Assembly (NCBI GenBank): GCA_043814095.1
Contig: JBDRKI010000109.1
Span: forward strand, 1-20,167
Direction of reading: 5' to 3'
DNA: 20,167 bases
Origin: Armatimonadota bacterium
Lineage (GTDB): Bacteria; Vulcanimicrobiota; JACPDS01; JBDRKI01
The notes under the pieces are model-generated. The model was not told the origin of the DNA. It saw nothing but the letters and a program-made list of their open reading frames with translations, and ran no database searches. This document shows positions 1-8,963 of the stretch, in pieces (within the stretch, counting starts at the first letter, position 1; every line of letters starts with the position of its first letter). The position numbers were made by a program, and so were the translations under genes.

Positions 1-1463
1 TAATCCTGGAAAGCACGACTTATCCCGGGACAACCGAAGAAGTTATGCTTCCCATATTAAGTTCTAACGGCTATAAAGTCGGCGAAGATTTTTACCTTGC
101 TTTCTCGCCGGAGAGAGTTGATCCCGGCAATAAAATATACACGACAAAAAATACCCCTAAAGTTATAGGCGGCGTTACAGATAACTGCCGAGAGCTTGCC
201 AAAGAGCTTTACGGAAAGGCGCTGGAGAAAGTTTATGCAGCTTCATCTCCCCGCGCGGCTGAGATGGTAAAACTTCTTGAAAATATTTTCAGGTCGGTTA
301 ATATCGCGCTGGTGAACGAACTTGCGGTTTTATGCAAAAAAATGGATATAAATATATGGGAAGTTATAGATTTAGCATCTACAAAACCTTACGGCTTTAT
401 GCCGTTTTATCCCGGCCCTGGCTTAGGAGGGCACTGCTTAGTTAAAGATGAATATATTTATTTGAAAGAGGGAAGTAAGGTTAGGACCACGACAATCGGA
501 CAGGAATTTGAAAGACTGAACGGTGATTCTAATGTTTTAAAACACGATTTTTTAGGCGCAAAATTTGTAAAACCGTTAAACACGGATGCTCTTTCTTTTG
601 ATTTAAATAAAGAAAAAAATTGTTATAAAGAAGTGAGGATGTTTACAAAAAGATATTATCCCGGCGAAATTTTAACATTTATAACAAAAGACGGGAGAAG
701 AATATCGGTTACAGATAAACACCCTATGGTTATTTATGATAAAACCTTATCAGTTAGATCGGCGGTTGATGTAAAGGTCGGGGACGGTATGGTTGCAGCT
801 ATAAATATGCCAGAAGAATTTATTAATTTCAAGGTTGAAAATAAATCATATGTAAAATTACCGAATTTTGCAGTTGTAGAAATAAAGGACATTAAGAAAA
901 AAACGGGATCAGATGTATACTCTTTAGAAGTGAAAGATACTAACACTTTTGTAACTTCTTACGGGATTATCACACATAACTGCATTCCAATAGATCCTTT
1001 TTACCTTACATGGAAGGCAAGAGAGTATGATTTCCAGACCAAGTTTATTGAGCTTGCGGGAGAAATAAATATACAGATGCCTTATTATGTTGTAAATATG
1101 GTTATGGATGCTCTTAACAGCAAGAGTAAGACCTTAAAAGGTTCTAAAATTCTTGTTCTGGGGGCCGCTTACAAAAAAGACATAGATGATTCCAGGGAAT
1201 CTCCTTCTTTGAAAATAATTGAAATACTGGAAGGCAAGGGCGCTCTTGTCAGTTATAATGATGATTACATAGAGCAGATAAAAGTGAACGGCAAAGAGTA
1301 TAAATCTGTTAAGTTTGAAAATCTTAAGGATTATGATTGTGTCGTAATTGCCACTGATCACAGTTATTATGATGCAAAGAAGATTTTAGACCAAGCCGGA
1401 CTTATAGTTGATACGCGCAACGCGATGAAAGAGTATAAAAATGAAAAAATCTGGAGATTATAA
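1..1463 (+). CDS. wbpA: Nucleotide-sugar dehydrogenase (UDP-GlcNAc 6-dehydrogenase, WbpA/WecC family), 5'-truncated by the window edge, intein-containing
   Basis: The frame is open from base 3 (ILESTTYPGTTEEV, a conserved family motif), so the true start lies upstream of the window. Family motifs: SPERVDPGN, AEMVKLLENIFRSVNIALVNE, PGPGLGGH|CIPIDPFYLTWKAREY after removing the insert, and LGAAYKKDIDDSRESP. Confidence 0.93.
   Translation, partial: ILESTTYPGTTEEVMLPILSSNGYKVGEDFYLAFSPERVDPGNKIYTTKNTPKVIGGVTDNCRELAKELYGKALEKVYAASSPRAAEMVKLLENIFRSVNIALVNELAVLCKKMDINIWEVIDLASTKPYGFMPFYPGPGLGGHCLVKDEYIYLKEGSKVRTTTIGQEFERLNGDSNVLKHDFLGAKFVKPLNTDALSFDLNKEKNCYKEVRMFTKRYYPGEILTFITKDGRRISVTDKHPMVIYDKTLSVRSAVDVKVGDGMVAAINMPEEFINFKVENKSYVKLPNFAVVEIKDIKKKTGSDVYSLEVKDTNTFVTSYGIITHNCIPIDPFYLTWKAREYDFQTKFIELAGEINIQMPYYVVNMVMDALNSKSKTLKGSKILVLGAAYKKDIDDSRESPSLKIIEILEGKGALVSYNDDYIEQIKVNGKEYKSVKFENLKDYDCVVIATDHSYYDAKKILDQAGLIVDTRNAMKEYKNEKIWRL
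435..980 (+). mobile_element. Mini-intein (182 aa, no homing endonuclease) in the nucleotide-sugar dehydrogenase
   Basis: In-frame insert that splits GGH|CIP. It starts with Cys (CLVKDEYI, block A), has block B TxxH (ISVTDKHPM) and block F (DVYSLEVKDTNTFV), and ends ITHN followed by Cys+1. It is too short for an endonuclease domain and has no LAGLIDADG motif. Confidence 0.95.
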
Positions 1464-1464
1464 T

Positions 1465-2463
1465 ATGAAAAATATCGCTGTTATAGGAAGCGGGGGATGG
1501 GGGCTTAATATTATCAGAAACTTCGCCGAGCTTGATAAGCTTGCCGCGGTTTGTGATATTAATAAAACTAACTTTGAAAAACTTGAAAAAGAATACCCGG
1601 GCATAGTCCTTACCAAAAACATTAAGGATATAATAAAGGATAAGAGCATAGAAGGCGTTGTTGTTGTCACGCCTCCCGCGACCCATTTTAAGCTGGCAAA
1701 AAAGCTTATACTTGCCGGTAAAAACGTCTGGGTTGAGAAACCGGTTGCTTTAAAAAGCAGAGACGCGAAGAAACTATGGGATTTATCATTAAAGAAAAAT
1801 AAAATAGCCATGGCAGGCCATACTCTGCTTTATAACCCGGCTTACCTCAGGTTGAAGCAGCTTATAGATGAAGGTTATTTCGGGGATATTTACCATATTT
1901 ACTGCAGGAGACTGGGTTTCGGGAAAGTAAGGAAGAACGAGAATGTGCTGTGGAGTCTGTCGGTTCATGATATAGCGGCAGTTCTGTATCTTACGGGAAC
2001 TCTCCCTGTGGAAGTCAGCTGTATCGGAGCATCTTACATACAGAAAGGCACTGAAGATATTATTTACGCGAATCTTAAGTTTGAAGGGGAGCTCACCGTA
2101 AATATTAATTCAAACTGGCTGAACCCCTATAAGGAAAGAAAACTGGTTCTTACGGGAAGCGAAGCTTCTGCAGTCATAGATGAAATGAATAATGAGAATC
2201 CGTTGAAAATTTACAATCAGAAAATCATAAAGCTGCCGGTAAGGGACTTGAAACAGGAATATTTTCCCATGCATAAGGAAAATGCAGTTAATATTGATAT
2301 TAATAACTGCGAGATGCTTCGTGAGGAATGCAGGCATTTTATTGACTGCATAGAGAAAAACACCTTGCCGAGAACTGACGCAAAGAGCGGTTATGAGACG
2401 GTTAAAATACTTGAGAGGTGCACACTTTCAATGAAAAAGAAAGGCAGATGGGTTAAAAATTAG
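1465..2463 (+). CDS. Gfo/Idh/MocA family oxidoreductase (WbpB-like sugar 3-dehydrogenase)
   Basis: N-terminal Rossmann motif IAVIGSGGWG, VVVVTPPATH, VWVEKP and SVHDI. The start is placed at ATG 1465, with GGAG at 1453-1456, just after the upstream stop. The ORF-track start at 1441 lacks this support. Confidence 0.88.
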   Translation: MKNIAVIGSGGWGLNIIRNFAELDKLAAVCDINKTNFEKLEKEYPGIVLTKNIKDIIKDKSIEGVVVVTPPATHFKLAKKLILAGKNVWVEKPVALKSRDAKKLWDLSLKKNKIAMAGHTLLYNPAYLRLKQLIDEGYFGDIYHIYCRRLGFGKVRKNENVLWSLSVHDIAAVLYLTGTLPVEVSCIGASYIQKGTEDIIYANLKFEGELTVNINSNWLNPYKERKLVLTGSEASAVIDEMNNENPLKIYNQKIIKLPVRDLKQEYFPMHKENAVNIDINNCEMLREECRHFIDCIEKNTLPRTDAKSGYETVKILERCTLSMKKKGRWVKN

Positions 2464-2472
2464 GAGGAACGC

Positions 2473-3234
2473 ATGAATAACATAATTCATGAAAGCGTAA
2501 AAATGGGGAAAGACGCAAAGATCGGAAATTTTACAACGGTTATGGAAGACGTAAAATTAGGGGAGAATGTCGTAATAGGAAACTGTGTTACTGTTTACCC
2601 CGGGACCGTGATAGGCAATAATGTTATAGTGGGGGATAACTGTGTTATAGGCAGGTCTCCTGTTGTAGCTAAAGCAAGCACGCTAAAAAAGCGCGGCGAC
2701 TTGACAGGCGAAAAACTTCCTTCCCTTGTTATGGGCGACTGTATTACGGTTGGTTCATCAGCCGTTTTATACTGCGGCACTACCATAGCTGATAATGTTT
2801 TTATTGCGGATCTTGCTTCCATAAGAGAGAACTGCCGCATAGGCAATAATGTTATAGTGGGAAGAGGCGTAACTATAGAAAATCAGTGCACTATAGGAGC
2901 ATACACAAAGCTTCAGGCCGAAGCTTATCTTACGGCTCTTTCGGAAGTGGGCGAAAATGTTTTCATAGCGCCTACTGTTTCAACGACCAATGATAATTTT
3001 ATGGGAAGAACCGAAGAAAGGTTTAAACACAGAAAAGGAGCCACCATTAAAAAAGGCGCCAGGATAGGCGGGAACGCAGTTCTTCTTCCCGGCGTAACCG
3101 TCAGTGAAGACGCGGTTGTTGGGGCTGGTTCTGTTGTTACGAAAGACATACCCGAGCGCATGGTCGCTTACGGCAATCCGGCGAAGGTTCAGAGAGAAAC
3201 ACCCAAAGAACAGCTTCTGGAGGCTCAGAAGTAA
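2473..3234 (+). CDS. Hexapeptide-repeat N-acetyltransferase (WbpD-like)
   Basis: Many left-handed beta-helix hexapeptides, VFIAPTVSTTND, and C-terminal VGAGSVVTKDIP...YGNPAK. RBS AGGAGG at 2462-2467. Confidence 0.9.
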   Translation: MNNIIHESVKMGKDAKIGNFTTVMEDVKLGENVVIGNCVTVYPGTVIGNNVIVGDNCVIGRSPVVAKASTLKKRGDLTGEKLPSLVMGDCITVGSSAVLYCGTTIADNVFIADLASIRENCRIGNNVIVGRGVTIENQCTIGAYTKLQAEAYLTALSEVGENVFIAPTVSTTNDNFMGRTEERFKHRKGATIKKGARIGGNAVLLPGVTVSEDAVVGAGSVVTKDIPERMVAYGNPAKVQRETPKEQLLEAQK

Positions 3235-3286
3235 ACTCTTGATTATCGTTTTTTTAAACCGGTAGTTAATTTTTAAAGGAGTAAAT

Positions 3287-4402
3287 ATGCAGAATACAAT
3301 AAAAAACATTCCGATCTTAGACTTAAAGAGGCAGTACCGGGAAATAAAGAAAGAGGTTGAACCTGCGGTATTAAATGTTTTGTCAAGCGGCGGCTATATC
3401 TTAGGCAAAACCGTTGAGGAGTTTGAAAGATCCTGCGCGGAATATCTGGGAGCAAAATACGCGATAGGCGTAAATTCCGGAACAGACGCCCTCCAGCTGG
3501 GACTTATGGCGTATGACATAGGGCCGGGGGATGAGGTTATTACAACCTGTTTCTCGTTTTACGCGACAGCCGAAGTTATAAGCACATTAGGGGCAAAACC
3601 TGTGTTTGTGGATATAGAACCGGACACTTTTAATATTGACGTCAGTAAAATTGAGCAGGCAATAACGGATAAAACAAAGGCCATAATTCCCGTGCATCTG
3701 TACGGGCAGTCCGCTGATATGGACAAGATTATGGAAATAGCAAAAAAATACAATTTAGCCGTAATAGAAGACTGTGCTCAAAGTTTCGGTTCAAAGTATA
3801 AAAACAAGTTTACCGGCACGATAGGTGATGTGGGAGCATTCAGCTTTTTCCCGACCAAGAATTTAGGGGCCGCCGGAGACGGCGGGCTTGTAACCACAAA
3901 CGATGATAAACTGGCTGAGAAGATACAGATTTTAAGAGTGCACGGATCTAAGGTAAAATATTTCCATGACTATATAGGCATAAACTCACGTCTTGACGCC
4001 CTGCAGGCGGCAATACTCAGCATTAAATTAAAGTATATTGATAAATGGAATAAGGGAAGAGGAACAATAGCGAAAAAATACACAGAAAAGCTTAAAGGTT
4101 CTAAAACCGAAACCCCTTATATGAAAGAAGACAGGGATCATATATTCCACCAGTTTACAATTAAAGTTCCAGACAGGGACCAGCTCCAGGAATTTTTAAA
4201 GACAAGAGGCGTAAGCACATTTATTTATTACCCGCTAAGCCTTCATCTCCAGCCTGTGTATGAGAATCTCGGCTACAAAAAAGGTTCTTTCCCTGTTGCG
4301 GAAGATGTGCAAAATAAAGTTTTATCCCTGCCCGCTTTTCCTGAGCTTACCGATGATGAAATAGATTATGTTACCGGCAGTATAAAAGAATTTTATAAAT
4401 AA
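3287..4402 (+). CDS. DegT/DnrJ/EryC1/StrS PLP-dependent sugar aminotransferase (WbpE-like)
   Basis: Motifs NSGTDAL, IIPVHLYGQ, VIEDCAQS, SFFPTKNLGAAGDGG (PLP lysine) and NSRLDALQAAIL. AAGGAG RBS upstream. Confidence 0.95.
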   Translation: MQNTIKNIPILDLKRQYREIKKEVEPAVLNVLSSGGYILGKTVEEFERSCAEYLGAKYAIGVNSGTDALQLGLMAYDIGPGDEVITTCFSFYATAEVISTLGAKPVFVDIEPDTFNIDVSKIEQAITDKTKAIIPVHLYGQSADMDKIMEIAKKYNLAVIEDCAQSFGSKYKNKFTGTIGDVGAFSFFPTKNLGAAGDGGLVTTNDDKLAEKIQILRVHGSKVKYFHDYIGINSRLDALQAAILSIKLKYIDKWNKGRGTIAKKYTEKLKGSKTETPYMKEDRDHIFHQFTIKVPDRDQLQEFLKTRGVSTFIYYPLSLHLQPVYENLGYKKGSFPVAEDVQNKVLSLPAFPELTDDEIDYVTGSIKEFYK

Positions 4403-4504
4403 GCTTTATAAATAATAAAATAAAAAAGGTTCAAATCCTTTCAGTGTAGAAATTTAAGATTATAAAAGGATACAAAACGTTTGGCTTTTGAAAGGAGATT
4501 TTAT

Positions 4505-5017
4505 ATGAGAGCTTTAAAAGTCGTCTCTGTTATACTGGTGATTATATTTCTGTTTACAGCGGTCTGTTTTGCTAAGAACAAAATTAAAGATTATGATTTC
4601 GGTGTGGGTATAGGCATACCTTACGGCGGTATCGGAGCCAATGTTGAGGTCGGCAGGGATTATGTCTTTACGGCAGGTCTCGGTGTTATGCCTTTTACCG
4701 ACGCGTCAACCAAAAATACCCAGATCGGCTGGTCAACAGGCTTAAGATATTATTTTAAAAAAGAACTTGCCCCTGGATTAAAATGGAGAGTAAGCGCTCT
4801 TTACGGCACGGTAGCTTATATTGAAAGAAATTATGCAAATAATGTAACCGGCGGTACTGTAAAAGAATATGAATTATTAACCGGTTTTGCCCCGGCCGTG
4901 GGTATAAGAGGCGAGAACTGGGATTTTGATATCGCGTATCCTCTGGGATATACGGTTCCCGAGGGAGTTATGGAGAGAGGCGGGAAAATAAAGCTTTCTT
5001 TTGGATTCAGGTTCTAG
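4505..5017 (+). CDS. Small exported protein, probable outer-membrane beta-barrel
   Basis: ATG 4505 follows an AAAGGAG RBS. Signal-peptide-like N-terminus (MRALKVVSVILVIIFLFTAVCFA), Gly/aromatic alternating strands (GVGIGIPYGGIGANVE, WSTGLRYYF) and a C-terminal beta-signal-like KLSFGFRF ending in Phe. Confidence 0.65.
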   Translation: MRALKVVSVILVIIFLFTAVCFAKNKIKDYDFGVGIGIPYGGIGANVEVGRDYVFTAGLGVMPFTDASTKNTQIGWSTGLRYYFKKELAPGLKWRVSALYGTVAYIERNYANNVTGGTVKEYELLTGFAPAVGIRGENWDFDIAYPLGYTVPEGVMERGGKIKLSFGFRF

Positions 5018-5052
5018 AATATATAATATGATGCGTAAGTTTTCTATTTAAC

Positions 5053-5100
5053 AGGGTCAAGTTTATGAAGTTAAAAGCTGAATTTCATAAGCCTGACCCT
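5053..5100. repeat. Intergenic inverted repeat (20-bp arms, 8-nt loop); terminator- or REP-like hairpin
   Basis: AGGGTCAAGTTTATGAAGTT (5053-5072) pairs with AATTTCATAAGCCTGACCCT (5081-5100): 17 Watson-Crick pairs, 2 G-U pairs and 1 mismatch. Confidence 0.75.
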
Positions 5101-5132
5101 AAATTATTAAAATATACATAAAGAGGGTTCTT

Positions 5133-5705
5133 ATGTCTAAAGAATTAAAAGCGGATTTAGTTGAACTTTACAAGCAACTTTGTTTGGAAACAAGAGAGAA
5201 ATACAATAGAGTGCTTCCTTTCTCTGAAGCCGTTGTAGACAGGTGGGAGAAAGCAAAATTGCTCGGATTCGGACAGAATACCAGCATTTATGATTCAAGC
5301 ATTGTAATAGGCGACGTGAAAGTCGGTGAGAATACCTGGATAGGTCCTTTTACCCTGCTTGACGGTTCGGGCCTTCTGGAAATAGGTTCATGGTGCAGCA
5401 TTTCTACCGGGGTGCAGATTGTAACCCATGATTCGGTAAAGTGGGCGCTGACAGGGGGAGTTGCGGGATATGAAAAATCTCCGGTTAAAATAGGAGATCG
5501 CTGTTATATAGGTTCTAACTCTATTATACTGAAAGGTGTTGTTATAGGGGATAATGTGGTTGTGGGCGCGAGCAGTATGGTTAATGATGATATACCTCCT
5601 TATTCCATAGCTGTCGGGACGCCCGCGAAAGTTATAGGGAAAGTTGTGATAGATAATGATAAAGTCAGATTTGAATACTTTAAAAAAAGAGAAAACGAAA
5701 AATAA
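5133..5705 (+). CDS. Hexapeptide-repeat acyltransferase (putative sugar O-acetyltransferase)
   Basis: Motifs VKVGENTWIGP, EIGSWCSISTGVQIVTHDS, IGDRCYIGSNSIILKGVVIGDNVVVGASSMV and AVGTPAKVI. Confidence 0.9.
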   Translation: MSKELKADLVELYKQLCLETREKYNRVLPFSEAVVDRWEKAKLLGFGQNTSIYDSSIVIGDVKVGENTWIGPFTLLDGSGLLEIGSWCSISTGVQIVTHDSVKWALTGGVAGYEKSPVKIGDRCYIGSNSIILKGVVIGDNVVVGASSMVNDDIPPYSIAVGTPAKVIGKVVIDNDKVRFEYFKKRENEK

Positions 5706-6759
5706 TTTAAGGGTCTTGTTCGGCCCTATTCATATAGCCGGTAATTTTTTAGGATATTCTCAGGGGCTTTCCTCTCTCGGAGTATCATCTAAAATTGTTT
5801 TAACTAAGAAGCATTCTTTTGAGTATAACGATAAAAATACAGAGTATCTCGGCAATAAAATAGATTTAAACAAAGTAAATTTAAAATTTGATAAAGGCAG
5901 GATAAGAGGCAGTTTTAATTTATCAAATTATAAGTTTCTTAAGTTTATAGATAAGTTTGATATATTTCATTTTACTTTCGGTCATTCGCTCCTGTCAGAG
6001 AACAGGGATATCCCCATTTTAAAATCAAAAGGCAAAAAAATTGTTATGCAGTTCTGCGGATGCGATATAAGGTGCAGGGATATAGTAACCTCTGAGAATA
6101 GGAAAGCAAGTCCCTGCACTGACTGCAGGATAGAATGCATTACCGCACAAAAGAGAGATACGGTTAAATTCTGGGAGACTCACGCAGATGCGATTATAAG
6201 CCATCCGGAGTATTCACAACTTCTTACAAAGCCTTATCACTATTTTATAATAGGTATAGATCCGGATAAATGGGATGAAGGGAAACTTCAGGAAAATTCT
6301 GTACCTTTAATAGTGCATGCTCCAAGCATGCAGGATGTAAAAGGGACAAAATATATAGTTGAGGCTGTTAACAGTCTTAAAAACGAAGGGTATGATTTTG
6401 AGTTTAAACTCCTTGAGAATATGCCCAATGATGAGCTTAAAACAATCCTTCAAAAAGCAGATATAGTTGTTGACCAGCTTTTATGCGGGTGGTACGGCCA
6501 TCTGGCCGTGGAATGTATGGCGCTCGGCAAGCCTGTTCTTGCTTATGTTGATGAAAAATGGTGCCGGCAGGTAGGTTATGCGGTAGAAGTTCCTATTATA
6601 AACACGACAAAAGATAATATATATGAAAACTTAAAGAAACTGATTAAAAACCCCGGATTAAGGAAAGATTGCGGGAGAAAGTCAAGAGAATACGTAGAAA
6701 AGGTTCATGATTACAGAAAGGTTGCAAAAGAGCTTTTAAATATTTACAGCAGTATTTAA
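5656..6759 (+). CDS. Glycosyltransferase family 4 (GT-B fold); start uncertain
   Basis: Motifs LIVHAPS...VKGT, ADIVVDQL and YGHLAVECMALGKPV, plus the C-terminal SREYVEKVHD helix. The ATG at 5656 overlaps the upstream gene by 50 nt. Confidence 0.85.
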   Translation: MIKSDLNTLKKEKTKNNLRVLFGPIHIAGNFLGYSQGLSSLGVSSKIVLTKKHSFEYNDKNTEYLGNKIDLNKVNLKFDKGRIRGSFNLSNYKFLKFIDKFDIFHFTFGHSLLSENRDIPILKSKGKKIVMQFCGCDIRCRDIVTSENRKASPCTDCRIECITAQKRDTVKFWETHADAIISHPEYSQLLTKPYHYFIIGIDPDKWDEGKLQENSVPLIVHAPSMQDVKGTKYIVEAVNSLKNEGYDFEFKLLENMPNDELKTILQKADIVVDQLLCGWYGHLAVECMALGKPVLAYVDEKWCRQVGYAVEVPIINTTKDNIYENLKKLIKNPGLRKDCGRKSREYVEKVHDYRKVAKELLNIYSSI

Positions 6760-6774
6760 GGCGATTAAATTAAT

Positions 6775-8049
6775 ATGAAAATACTTCTTCTTGTTACAAA
6801 TGACATAATAAATGACTCGCGGGTGAAAAGAGTTGCTTCAAGCCTTGCTTCGTTTGGTGCCGATCTAACCGTATTCGCCAGAAGAAGCGAGTATGCTCCT
6901 GATGAAGAAACTTGTGGAGGATACAGGATACGGCGCGTTATAGGGCCTTATTATAAAAAGAAAAGGAAAAAGAGTAATCTGGATAAAGTACCTGTTTTAA
7001 GCTGGTTCTTTGAGGCAAGGAAAAAGATTGATAAATACAAGATAAATATATCAGGTTTTAAAATAAAATTTAAGAAAATAAATGATAATGATTATAACGG
7101 CATGTTTGAGATAAATAAAGAAGCGGAGAAAAAACATATAGAAGAAGTTCTGGAGAATAATAAAATATTTGTCATGGAAGCGTTAAAGGTAAAACCGGAT
7201 GTTGTTTACTGCAACGATCTTGATACATTGATAAGCGGGGTTGAGCTTAAAAATAAGACAGGATGCAGGGTTATTTATGATGCGCATGAGCTTTTCAGCG
7301 AACAGTTTACGAATAAATCTGACGAGTGGAAAGAATATTTTTTTGAACTTGAAAAGACCTTGATAGGTTTTGCAGACGGGGTTATAACCGTTAACGAATC
7401 TATAGGGAAAGAGCTTGTAAAAAGGTATAATATAAAAGATTATACCGTTGTTGCAAACTGTGCAAGGTATAAAAGCATAAATCTTAGGCCTTCCAAAAAA
7501 GAAAAAACCATACTTTACCACGGCAGGTTTGAGATTAACCGGGGTATTGAAGAACTTGTGGAAGCGATGAGGTATATAGAGGGCGCCAAACTTATATTAA
7601 GGGGGGACGGCTTTATAAAAGACAGGCTTGCTGATATAATTAAAGAACATAAGCTAGATAAAAAAGTTATATTTAAAAACATGCTGCCAGTGGATAAGGT
7701 TATAGAAGAGTCCGCAAAAGCCGATATAGGCGTTATAGCGTATGTGCCGAACTGTTTAAATAATTATTTCTGTACGCCGAACAAACTGTTTGAATATATA
7801 ATGGCAGGTTTAGCTGTATGCGGCAGTGATCTGCCGGAGCTTAATAATTACATAATAGGCGGGGGTATAGGAGAAGTTTTTGATCCGCGTAAACCCCGCA
7901 GTATCGCAGACAGCATAAATAAGATACTGGGTAATGAAAATATTTTGAAAAGATGCAGGGATAATGTCCGAGTTCTTGCGAAAGAGAAAATTAACTGGGA
8001 GATCCAGGAGAAAAAGCTAAAAGAAATTTTAATGCTTGGTGATATATGA
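6775..8049 (+). CDS. Glycosyltransferase family 4
   Basis: Motifs DSRVKR, PDVVYCNDLDTL, IYDAHEL, YHGRFEINRGIE and PNKLFEYIMAGLAV. Confidence 0.92.
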   Translation: MKILLLVTNDIINDSRVKRVASSLASFGADLTVFARRSEYAPDEETCGGYRIRRVIGPYYKKKRKKSNLDKVPVLSWFFEARKKIDKYKINISGFKIKFKKINDNDYNGMFEINKEAEKKHIEEVLENNKIFVMEALKVKPDVVYCNDLDTLISGVELKNKTGCRVIYDAHELFSEQFTNKSDEWKEYFFELEKTLIGFADGVITVNESIGKELVKRYNIKDYTVVANCARYKSINLRPSKKEKTILYHGRFEINRGIEELVEAMRYIEGAKLILRGDGFIKDRLADIIKEHKLDKKVIFKNMLPVDKVIEESAKADIGVIAYVPNCLNNYFCTPNKLFEYIMAGLAVCGSDLPELNNYIIGGGIGEVFDPRKPRSIADSINKILGNENILKRCRDNVRVLAKEKINWEIQEKKLKEILMLGDI

Positions 8050-8939
8050 AAATAAGCGTTATTATATGTACATATAACAGAGCCGACCTTATAAAAGGGG
8101 CGGTTGAAACCCTTATAAATCAGGATTTAAAAAAGTGTGATTACGAGATAATAGTCGCTGATGACGGCTCAACCGACAATACTTCCGAAGAGGTGTGCTC
8201 AATAAGGACAGACGCGAACCTAAGGTATTTTAAAAGGCCTCACCAGAGCAGGTCCGCGGCAAGGAATTACGGCATAAATCAGGCAAACGGGGATTACATA
8301 CTTTTTGTTGATGATGATATTTTAGCCCCGCCTGATCTTTTAAACCAGCATTTAAAATATCTTGAGAGAGGCGGGAAAATAGTCGTAAGGGGACCGGTTG
8401 TAAATACCCCTTATTATGACCTTGAAAAAAACAGCAAAGCGAATATCCAAGATTTTTCAATGGCATTTTTCTGCACCTGCAACGCTTCGGTGGACAGGCA
8501 GGTTCTGCTGGATATAGGCGGTTTTGACGAAAATTTCACCGAATACGGCTGGGAGGACACAGAGATCGGCCTCAGGATGCGCAACCGTGGCTATAAAGTA
8601 AAATTTAACATGGACGCGGTTATTTACCATTATAAACCTAAAAGCGCGGATGATCTTGGGGAATATATACAGAAAGCCGAAGAACTGGGCAGGACAGCGG
8701 TTGAATTTTATAAAAAACATCCCAGTTTAAGGGTAAGCATGGCTACGGGGATTAACCCTATACACAGGATCTGGCAGGGTGTCGCATCAAATTACTTTAT
8801 AAAGAATCTTGCCGTAAATCTTATAAAAAACGAAAAAATAGCAAGCAACAAAAACTTATCATATTTTTTAAAAAGCAGGATTTTTAATTATTATTATCAT
8901 AAAAGCATAGGTGATAAATTAAAAGGCAAAAAATCTTAG
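8046..8939 (+). CDS. Glycosyltransferase family 2
   Basis: Motifs ISVIICTYNR, ADDGSTD, ARNYGI, LFVDDD and GGFDENFTEYGWEDTE. ATGA overlap with the upstream gene. Confidence 0.93.
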   Translation: MKISVIICTYNRADLIKGAVETLINQDLKKCDYEIIVADDGSTDNTSEEVCSIRTDANLRYFKRPHQSRSAARNYGINQANGDYILFVDDDILAPPDLLNQHLKYLERGGKIVVRGPVVNTPYYDLEKNSKANIQDFSMAFFCTCNASVDRQVLLDIGGFDENFTEYGWEDTEIGLRMRNRGYKVKFNMDAVIYHYKPKSADDLGEYIQKAEELGRTAVEFYKKHPSLRVSMATGINPIHRIWQGVASNYFIKNLAVNLIKNEKIASNKNLSYFLKSRIFNYYYHKSIGDKLKGKKS

Positions 8940-8963
8940 AAAATAAAAAGCAAGGGTGAGATT

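Noticed and set aside
45-47. ATG 45 as the start of the dehydrogenase
   Set aside because: Conserved sequence (ESTTYPGTT) continues upstream in frame and the NAD-binding N-terminus is missing, so the gene starts before the window.
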